Source of the DNA: Alphaproteobacteria bacterium
Lineage (GTDB): Bacteria > Pseudomonadota > Alphaproteobacteria > UBA828
Assembly (NCBI GenBank): GCA_963667785.2
Contig: CAXXMU010000001.1
Location: 864,001-928,000 of the forward strand
DNA length: 64,000 bases
Direction of reading: 5' to 3'
The position numbers and the translations under genes are program-made. Below are positions 56,325-63,804 of this stretch, one piece after another. The notes under the pieces were generated by a model. The model did not search any database. It was not told the origin of the DNA and saw nothing but the letters and a program-made list of their open reading frames with translations. The stretch's first letter is position 1. Every line of letters starts with the position of its first letter.

Positions 56325-56671
56325 GGCATCGTCTCCCTCCTCAGCCGCGCCAGCCGGCCCCGGACCAGATCGATCTCGGCCTTCGGCGTCCCGATTCCCG
56401 TCTTCGACTTCTTCCGGAACGCATGGATCACCCAGAGCCGGCCCGCCAGCTCCGTCACGTAGACCACCCGCCAAGCGTCCGTACGATAGGGGACGGCATT
56501 CTGCATGACGCCCGGCCCGAGACCCTTCAGCGGTTTCGCGATGTCCGCCTTGCCGCCCTCCGCCCCGATCGTGAGCGCCGTGCCGATCCGATCCCGCACC
56601 GTTGTGGGGAACGACTCGAACGTCTTCCGCGCTGCCTTGACCCAACCGACAGGCCTTGTGTCAAGGTTCAT
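56321..56671 (-). CDS. RelE/ParE superfamily toxin (Gp49/HigB-like)
   Basis: FESFP, AKPLKGLGPGV, DAWRVVY, VIHAFRKKSKTGI.TPKAEIDLVR.RL. Confidence 0.9.
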   Translation of the reverse strand: MNLDTRPVGWVKAARKTFESFPTTVRDRIGTALTIGAEGGKADIAKPLKGLGPGVMQNAVPYRTDAWRVVYVTELAGRLWVIHAFRKKSKTGIGTPKAEIDLVRGRLARLRRETMP

Positions 56672-56677
56672 GGAGTA

Positions 56678-56707
56678 TGTTGTCAGTGGTGACTACACCT
56701 GTCAACA
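56678..56707 (-). promoter_or_regulatory. TA operon promoter/operator: TTGACA -35 within an imperfect inverted repeat
   Basis: TGTTGTCAG (56678-86)...CTGTCAACA (56699-707), one mismatch; TTGACA on - strand at 56705-56700. Confidence 0.55.
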
Positions 56708-56718
56708 GGCCGGACGAT

Positions 56719-56901
56719 GGATTGCGGCATTCGTATGCTTCGATGGCGCTGGCCCTCGGCGAGAGGCTCACGATGATCGGGAAGTTGCTCGGTCACACGC
56801 AGGTGCAGACGACCGCCCGGTATGCCGATCTGGCGCGGGACTCGATCCAAAACGCGGCTGCCCGGATCACCGGGAGCATCGGTGGGGACCTCACCCCTTA
56901 G
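56719..56901 (+). pseudogene. Tyrosine recombinase C-terminal fragment
   Basis: LRHSYASMAL..IGKLLGHTQVQTTARYA (catalytic His and Tyr); no N-terminal part. Confidence 0.88.
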
Positions 56902-57384
56902 CATGGTTGATGATCGTCGCGCGCATCACGCTACGGCCTTGCTCGGACGGCGCACGCCCGGCGGTCTCGACCACCAGCTCTCTGAACTCACCGCCTCCCA
57001 TGCCGGTACCGCAAAAGTACGAGTTCTCATGTCTGACCGACATCGATTGCATTTCCAGATCAACATTTTCTATGCTGCGACATCCTAAATCGCACGCTAT
57101 CCTCCAACATGGCGACAATATTTGTAGACATTACCGAAGATACGAAGAACATTGAGAGAAACAACGACACAATTAGTAGGACTAGTCAAATATATCTCAA
57201 CTATACTCTTGTCTACGATGGGGTATTCTATCTTTTTTATTTTGAATTGTTACATAAATACTGAAATATGTGATTCTATTTTTGTATTTCGGCAATCTAT
57301 GCGTGATATTCTCAAATAATATTGGCGCTTGCTCATCCTCTGCTTTCTGCTATGGTAGGCCTACGATACAGCAGGAGATCTCTC

Positions 57385-57567
57385 ATGACCATCCAAGTGC
57401 AGGACCAGCCGGTCGAGCATTCAGAGGACATTCGCTCTGCCATCCTACAGGATCAGCCGGATAATCCGGCACTCCAGCGTCTGAAGGGGCGCCTGTTGGC
57501 CGACTCCGAGGCGAGCGAAGTCATCACCAGCTATGACCGCATGCACCACCGGCACAGCCGCTCGTGA
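57385..57567 (+). CDS. RiPP precursor peptide, YhhA-type triceptide (cyclophane) precursor, 60 aa
   Basis: AGGAG RBS at 57373-77; acidic leader with PALQRL helix; core ITSYDRMHHRHSRS; 10 nt upstream of an rSAM/SPASM gene. Confidence 0.88.
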   Translation: MTIQVQDQPVEHSEDIRSAILQDQPDNPALQRLKGRLLADSEASEVITSYDRMHHRHSRS

Positions 57568-57577
57568 GTTTCCTCGC

Positions 57578-59713
57578 GTGGCCGCCCCCAGGATCACCTC
57601 ATACCTGGTAAAGGTGGCCTCGCGATGCAACTTGGACTGTGATTACTGTTACGTCTATCATCATGCAGACCAGAGTTGGCGCTCTATGCCGCGACTCTTG
57701 TCTTCGGAGTACCGTGACGCCTTTGTCGCGCGCCTCGCAGAGTATGTTGGAGAAACAGGCCTGTCTCGTGTGTCGGTGGTATTCCACGGAGGCGAGCCGC
57801 TCCTAGCCGGACCACAATGTCTGGCTGATTTTTCAGAAGCAATTCGCGCATGTGTCGAAGCAAAAGTCGACATCGGCGTACAAACCAATGGCCTTCTTCT
57901 AAGCGACTCGGCACTCGACGTCTTCGAGCATGCGGACATTGCCGTATCGCTTAGTTTGGACGGCCCTCGCGCGGCTAATGACAAGCATCGGAACACTCGT
58001 AAGGGCCGATCGAGCTTCAACAGAGTTCTGGCTGCCCTCCAACGTCTAAAGAAACGTCCGGGTATATTTGCTGGCATTATAGCCGTTATAGATGTTTCTA
58101 CTCCTCCGCGAGACTTGTTTGAGTTTTTTGACGAGCACAAACCTCCCAAGCTCGATTTTCTGCTGCCCGATGCACACAATTTGTGTCCTCCTCCGGGTCG
58201 CGATTCTGAACCAGCCACATACGAACAATGGCTAGTCAGTGCATTCGACCTGTGGCTCGATCAGTACTCCCACATTCCCGTACGAACATTTGAATCTCTT
58301 CTGGATTCGGTGTCCGGCCTGGCATCTCACACTGACGCTTTCGGACTTGGAGATGTCAGCCTCATTTCAGTTGAGACGGATGGGAGCTATCACGATCTCG
58401 ACGTCCTGAAGGTCACCCGGGAGGGAGCTACTAAACTTGCCGGTACGGTGCTCGATACTTCAATCGCGACAGTCGCTGCCTCGGACGCTGTCGCGGCTCA
58501 TCGGAAAAGACTTCAAAAGGAAGGCCTTTGCCGCCAGTGTCAAGAGTGTCCGGTGATGCAAGTCTGTGGCGGTGGCTCTCTTCCACATCGGTTTGGTCCG
58601 AACGGATTCGATCACCCCACTGTCTACTGTCGGGAAATGCTTGCACTCATCACACATGTGCGCGCCCGGCTAGATGGAATGTTGCGGAAGTCGTATCCCT
58701 CACCTGTTCTCCGCGCTCCTAGTGTTGACTTAGCCGAATTCGAGCTTGCTGAAACCGCAGCTGGGATCATACAGGAGCTATACAAAAGTGCTCAAGACCA
58801 GGCGCATTTGTCATTCATCAACACGCTTCGAACGCTCGACTCCCAAGATCAAGCGATACACGCCTCGGTAAAGTCCGTTCTGGATTCGCCACCCGATTTC
58901 ATCACCAGATTGGCAACACACCCCGGCGCTATAGCCTGGCAACGGACCATGGCAGCGCAAATGGCCGGGAAAACCGCCCATACGGTGGATGGGTCACCGG
59001 TGCAGGCCGACTGCTCCTATATCCGCTTCCTTCTTAAGCACCCACCCTCCGATCACAATCTCAGTATCGCTGAGGACGACCCATGGCTTCGCGCTCCCTT
59101 TGGCGATGCCATCTACTTCGAAACGGAGGAAGTCGCCGCCAACGGACGAGCAGTCGTCGAACAGGCATTCCAAATAATTGACCGCTGGCGTCCCGCTCTT
59201 GGACAGGAGATGCGCATTGCCTCTAAGGCTGTCCAATTCGTTCGTGACCCGCTCGCCAATCCAAAGAAGATCGTGTCATTCAGCGACAATTCAGTTCCCG
59301 GTGCGCTCTATGTTTCGATTATGCAGGACGGAAGCTTGATTGACTCATATGATCTAGCCGATTCATTACTCCACGAGCATCGACACCAAAAGCTCTACCT
59401 TCTCGAACGGCAAAACCCTACAGTTGAGCCGACTTCCTTATTGGTTCCGTCGCCTTGGCGGGAAGACCCACGGCCGCCCTCGGGTCTACTGCATGCGATG
59501 TTCGTCTTCGTGGAGCTGCGGCGCTTTTGGAGTTTCGTTCACGATCAAGGTCCAGCCCGGCTCCACAACCGCGCTGCCAATCAGCTTCGTGATACCAATG
59601 CGCACCTTGCGCAAGCTTTTGCCACGCTTGAAAATTGTCCACTCACTCAGACTGGAGGCCAACTCGTGGAAGTTCTCAAATCGGCGTTCGCCGCCAACAA
59701 TCTAGCGGCCTGA
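57578..59713 (+). CDS. Cyclophane-forming radical SAM/SPASM maturase (YhhB/FxsB-like) fused to a C-terminal HExxH domain
   Basis: KVASRCNLDCDYCYVY (CxxxCxxC), FHGGEPLL, QTNG, SLDG; SPASM CQECPVMQVCGGG..TVYC; LLHEHRHQKL and SPWREDPRP..LLHA. Confidence 0.9.
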   Translation: MAAPRITSYLVKVASRCNLDCDYCYVYHHADQSWRSMPRLLSSEYRDAFVARLAEYVGETGLSRVSVVFHGGEPLLAGPQCLADFSEAIRACVEAKVDIGVQTNGLLLSDSALDVFEHADIAVSLSLDGPRAANDKHRNTRKGRSSFNRVLAALQRLKKRPGIFAGIIAVIDVSTPPRDLFEFFDEHKPPKLDFLLPDAHNLCPPPGRDSEPATYEQWLVSAFDLWLDQYSHIPVRTFESLLDSVSGLASHTDAFGLGDVSLISVETDGSYHDLDVLKVTREGATKLAGTVLDTSIATVAASDAVAAHRKRLQKEGLCRQCQECPVMQVCGGGSLPHRFGPNGFDHPTVYCREMLALITHVRARLDGMLRKSYPSPVLRAPSVDLAEFELAETAAGIIQELYKSAQDQAHLSFINTLRTLDSQDQAIHASVKSVLDSPPDFITRLATHPGAIAWQRTMAAQMAGKTAHTVDGSPVQADCSYIRFLLKHPPSDHNLSIAEDDPWLRAPFGDAIYFETEEVAANGRAVVEQAFQIIDRWRPALGQEMRIASKAVQFVRDPLANPKKIVSFSDNSVPGALYVSIMQDGSLIDSYDLADSLLHEHRHQKLYLLERQNPTVEPTSLLVPSPWREDPRPPSGLLHAMFVFVELRRFWSFVHDQGPARLHNRAANQLRDTNAHLAQAFATLENCPLTQTGGQLVEVLKSAFAANNLAA

Positions 59714-59717
59714 ACAC

Positions 59718-60716
59718 TTGATCGTACTCCCCGTCGACTCCCTCCCATCCGCACCTGCCGACCAGCACGGGGCTTTGAGGAACTACTTTTGCGACAAGGA
59801 CGCACGAGCAAAGCGAACAAAGGACGGCTGGGAACTGACCCTAGCTTGGTCCGATGATCTTGATCGTCATGTCGATCCGAAGCTCCCAATTGGCCTCAGC
59901 TGGTGGAGCAATGGCATCACGCCCGCGGATATGGTACTAGCCATCCGCCCTTCTGGACGACTACTCACTTCCCTTTACGATACTTGGGCACTGTATGGCT
60001 GGAGTGAATGGCTTGCAGGCCAGACCACTCCAGACGCTTCCACGGTAGTCATTCTTCACGTCGATGATCATAGAGATCTCGACCCTCCGAGATTGTTCAT
60101 TGAAAACTCTCACCTTCGGGATCCTTTGACAGGCCGCAGTGTAGAACTTGACAACCCCGACAGCATTCGAAGTGCAATCCTGAGCGGCGCTGTAGGAATG
60201 GGAAGCTTCATGACACCATTTCTCCACGCAGTACCAAACGCTGAGGTGCGGCACCTTTGCCAACCTCCGAAAGCTTCGAGAACTCGCACCTACCAAATTC
60301 AAACACACGATATAGCCGATTCTCTTATCGATAAAGACGCACGCAGACCGGCAGTCTATCTCCATGAGAAAGTCGACGTTGTTGGACCCGGTACATATAG
60401 AGTAACACCCGATGTTGAAGAATGGTTGAGCGACATTGGGTCGGCCCCAATCCTACTTCACATTGACATGGACTTTTTCAACAACCGATATGATGGTGAC
60501 AGTGATTGGCGAGAGCGGGACAGTAATCTTGATCCACCTCTACAGGAAATTCTAGCCAAGATTGACAAATTGACCACCGCTTTGGAGGATAATGAGATTG
60601 CGTCGCGCATTGAACATATAGCAGTTGCATTCTCACCAGGCTTCTTTCCGGCCGAGCACTGGAGTACAGCTGCGGATCGCCTATTGCCGGCCTTAGAGCG
60701 ATTACATGGCAGCTAA
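59718..60716 (+). CDS. Ureohydrolase/arginase-fold metallohydrolase (UPF0489-like; candidate peptide arginase)
   Basis: ILHVDDHRDL (DxHxD) and LLHIDMDFF (DxD), AFSPGF; TTG 4 nt after the rSAM stop. Confidence 0.7.
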   Translation: MIVLPVDSLPSAPADQHGALRNYFCDKDARAKRTKDGWELTLAWSDDLDRHVDPKLPIGLSWWSNGITPADMVLAIRPSGRLLTSLYDTWALYGWSEWLAGQTTPDASTVVILHVDDHRDLDPPRLFIENSHLRDPLTGRSVELDNPDSIRSAILSGAVGMGSFMTPFLHAVPNAEVRHLCQPPKASRTRTYQIQTHDIADSLIDKDARRPAVYLHEKVDVVGPGTYRVTPDVEEWLSDIGSAPILLHIDMDFFNNRYDGDSDWRERDSNLDPPLQEILAKIDKLTTALEDNEIASRIEHIAVAFSPGFFPAEHWSTAADRLLPALERLHGS

Positions 60717-61176
60717 GCGCTCTTCAAAGTCGAGCAGGCGCCGGAGGCCCGTACGGCCCACGCCGAAGCCGCCCCCCACAACTGCGAAGTCTAAGGAAGG
60801 CCCCATCTCTCCCGAAGATGTCCTCCTCAAGCGGACCCGGGGAACACCGGGCCGAGGAGACGGACCAGGTGGCGAGAAGTGGCGAGTCGAGGCTGCAGGC
60901 CAACGCGCCGGTCACGTCTACGTCAACGTCATAGACGAACCTCCAATTGGCACGCACGCTTCTATTCAAATTTTTCTGAACAAGAAGAGCCAAGGTCGCC
61001 AAATTGGTCGCGTCGCCTATCGGGCAGCCTGTGAAGAGAGTCAGCATGACACCATCTATGCCCACATGAGCAGGTCCAACCACGCCTCGCGTCGCGCCGC
61101 CGAGGAGGCTGGATTCGTGGACGTAACTCCAACGGGCCACGCACAGCTCATCATGCGCCGATCTCGCCAATTGTGA
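60706..61176 (+). CDS. GNAT family N-acetyltransferase (RimJ/RimL-like) with basic N-terminal tail
   Basis: SQGRQIG acetyl-CoA motif A, SNHASRRAAEEAGF; overlaps upstream gene by 11 nt. Confidence 0.75.
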   Translation: MAAKRSSKSSRRRRPVRPTPKPPPTTAKSKEGPISPEDVLLKRTRGTPGRGDGPGGEKWRVEAAGQRAGHVYVNVIDEPPIGTHASIQIFLNKKSQGRQIGRVAYRAACEESQHDTIYAHMSRSNHASRRAAEEAGFVDVTPTGHAQLIMRRSRQL

Positions 61177-61763
61177 ATCAGCACGCCACGCTGCCACCTT
61201 GGCTAAAGCCCTCGGCCCATACCGACATCCTTCATGTGGCTGCGAAGATACGCCCCGCACTTCGCACCGAGCTTACTATCCCAGTTTCACACAATGTTGT
61301 CCGTGCCTGGATGCGGCACTTAGGATGGTACACAGCTATCGACGGTGACGACTTCATCGTCGTATCACCCTCCCCCAGACTGGCTCGCATGATTCTTGCC
61401 ATAGATCGTGACGTCACTCCTCACACTTTTCGGCTGGGCCATGCACTTGGCTACCCAACTTGCTGCTGTCGTGCAGCCGCAGGCGTTGGAGAGCAAAATC
61501 TTGACACTTGGGCGCTTGAATTATCTCGACGACGCTTCATTGGGCGCTTCAAGCTCATTGATCCGACCCGCTATAGAGATGGAAACGCGCTAATCAGCCA
61601 TATCCCCTGCTCAACCTTCTGTCACGCTTCGCTTCAGATTGCCGAAGCCACACTCGCGGCTCTGCGTAGATCCAATTCACCATTGCCGGTCTTGCGTGCT
61701 CCGGCACTGAGAGCCTTCACTTCTAGCCTATTGCGACGAGACTTGACGCGTACCCATGCATGA
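61173..61763 (+). CDS. DUF483-like Cys-motif protein
   Basis: LGHALGYPTCCC and SHIPCSTFCHAS; GTGA overlap with GNAT stop. Confidence 0.6.
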   Translation: MNQHATLPPWLKPSAHTDILHVAAKIRPALRTELTIPVSHNVVRAWMRHLGWYTAIDGDDFIVVSPSPRLARMILAIDRDVTPHTFRLGHALGYPTCCCRAAAGVGEQNLDTWALELSRRRFIGRFKLIDPTRYRDGNALISHIPCSTFCHASLQIAEATLAALRRSNSPLPVLRAPALRAFTSSLLRRDLTRTHA

Positions 61764-61788
61764 CGATGTGGACGCTGAGGCGCGCGAA

Positions 61789-63804
61789 TTAGAACCCGAG
61801 TTCCTTCTTTAGAACTTCAACTGTCTCCGTCACAGCGAGAACTTCATCCCTCGCAGCCCTTGCCGCCTCTACGAGCTCGGTAAGCTCCGCATCTGGCACA
61901 CCGCGTTGATATGCCTCTTCCACACGAAAAAATAATCGCTTCGCTTCCCCTAGATACTCCAAAGCCTCTTTCTTACGACCCTTATCAACTAACCAATTCC
62001 CAAAATCACGGCAGGCTTGGGCCAAATGATGATGACCGCCGATAGCCTCCGACGTTCCCAAGTCAGACCAGACACCACCTATTGCTCGACGACTTTCTTG
62101 AACCGCTTCCGAGAAAGCGGCCTCACCTTTCTCGGCATTGGCGCGCATCAACAAGAGCGCGCCTCGTAGGTCGAGTATTCTCGACCCATGAACGGATTGT
62201 GCGGTGAAATCGTGCGCAGCAAGGAGTTCATTAATAGCTTCTATGGCGGGTTCTCTATCCCCTTGTGAACCTGCCTCTATGGCGGCCGCCGCCAAATCGC
62301 GTGTACAATGTATCCAGGTATCACCATTGCGATCAAGTGTTGCCAACGCGCTCGAATACGCCTTGATTGCGCCATCCCACCGAACACTGCGCCCTTTCGC
62401 TTTCTCGGCCAGAGTAGCTAGGGTCTGCCCAAATCGCCAATATCCTTCACCGTCTGAACTAACCATTCGCAAATACCAATCCCACAGTCTCGCTGCCTCC
62501 TTCAATCGTGCTGAGGATTTCGCCTGAGCAGCCGCGCTCGGAGAGGACGCATCACGGTCACCCAGACGTTGAAGTGCTATAGCACGAATACGTGCGGCCT
62601 CCGCGAACCGCTTGGCCAATGCAGGCGACACTTGATCCAGAACCGCGACATCGTCGCCTGCCAGGATCAGACCCGCAGCGTGTTCAATAAGTGCTTGCGA
62701 GCCCTTCTTGCCATGATCGCTATCCTTGAAGGCGTCTATTGCTCGGCGATAGCCCTTCATCGCAAGCTCAATTTCAGGGCTAGGTTTGTTATCAACGACG
62801 GCCGCGTGTCTGGCTTCCAGTGGAGACACCGGCTGCGCTATCCACGCGGGATGAAATTCAAGAGCTCGAGTTAATGTTGCAAAAAACACGTCTGCGTCTT
62901 GGCCAAGTATATAGAACTTGTTCGGTCCTGAAAGCAGCCGTCTGACCTCACTTCTTGTAATCGAATAATCGTTCTCGTGAAATATCCAATAAATTACCAA
63001 ATTCGGAAACTCTTCAGACGCATCAAACAGAAGCTCCATCACACCATCTTCGCCTCCGGCGTACCCGACTACGACTAAGAATCCTGTATCCTTTAGCATC
63101 CCGAACATTGCGCCTCTCATGGACAATGTCCGTCCTGCCGCTAGCATTGCTTGCCGGCTGTTGAGTGGGCTGTACGCATGTAACGAGCCATGCAGATGTA
63201 CTACTTGCGGCATCGCAGGGCGAGAAGATATCCGCTTTAGGGCTTCAAGACCATCCGCGATCACTGGAACATGACCGGCGAGAAGAATACCTTCCAGAAT
63301 GAGGCGATCGAAATTTGTGGTAAGTACGCTATGCACATAATGCTGTACAACAAGTTCTCCCAAACAAATATGGGCCCAATTGATCTTTCCAGACGCCTTT
63401 GCGACACTCCTTTGAATGATTTCACGTTGCTGCGGGTCCGAACGGATGTGCTTCTCAAATATTTCCGAGTAGTAGTCTGACCAAGTTGCTCCTTTCCTAT
63501 CAGTCAAGTGATTCTTTTCCTTAAGCCACTTGAGCGCACTCATTGCATCGACAGAGGTTGCTCTTGTGCCTGAATATTGTCGATACAGGGATATTGCACA
63601 TTCCTGAGCGATTTCACTGGCCAGAGGAACTCCGGCGCTTGCCGAGCACCCCGCACCGATCAGAAACACCGCGCCTCCACAATTCGGATCGTCTGGAATT
63701 TCCGAAACCTGTGGCCAGATCGACGTGCGTTTCAGCAACTTGAGTTGGTTAGCCAATTCGTCGATGTCGGCCTCTCTCGCCAATTTGCCGGTATAATCAG
63801 CCAT
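61789..63804 (-). CDS. SIR2-family (SIR2_2) NADase-like domain + C-terminal helical/TPR-like repeats
   Basis: FLIGAGCSASAGVP, VLTTNFD, VHLHGS, LVVVGYAG; Ala-rich helical C-terminal half. Confidence 0.85.
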   Translation of the reverse strand: MADYTGKLAREADIDELANQLKLLKRTSIWPQVSEIPDDPNCGGAVFLIGAGCSASAGVPLASEIAQECAISLYRQYSGTRATSVDAMSALKWLKEKNHLTDRKGATWSDYYSEIFEKHIRSDPQQREIIQRSVAKASGKINWAHICLGELVVQHYVHSVLTTNFDRLILEGILLAGHVPVIADGLEALKRISSRPAMPQVVHLHGSLHAYSPLNSRQAMLAAGRTLSMRGAMFGMLKDTGFLVVVGYAGGEDGVMELLFDASEEFPNLVIYWIFHENDYSITRSEVRRLLSGPNKFYILGQDADVFFATLTRALEFHPAWIAQPVSPLEARHAAVVDNKPSPEIELAMKGYRRAIDAFKDSDHGKKGSQALIEHAAGLILAGDDVAVLDQVSPALAKRFAEAARIRAIALQRLGDRDASSPSAAAQAKSSARLKEAARLWDWYLRMVSSDGEGYWRFGQTLATLAEKAKGRSVRWDGAIKAYSSALATLDRNGDTWIHCTRDLAAAAIEAGSQGDREPAIEAINELLAAHDFTAQSVHGSRILDLRGALLLMRANAEKGEAAFSEAVQESRRAIGGVWSDLGTSEAIGGHHHLAQACRDFGNWLVDKGRKKEALEYLGEAKRLFFRVEEAYQRGVPDAELTELVEAARAARDEVLAVTETVEVLKKELGF

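Noticed and set aside
57533-57577. ATG at 57533 as the rSAM start (726-aa ORF) and TTG at 57322 as the precursor start
   Set aside because: 57533 lies inside the precursor core codons; GTG at 57578 fits the family N-terminus, and the precursor has a clear RBS before ATG 57385.
57385-59713. His-Xaa-Ser repeat system or anaerobic sulfatase maturase
   Set aside because: The core register is aromatic-X-Arg rather than repeated HxS; there is only one rSAM, no sulfatase, and a HExxH fusion.
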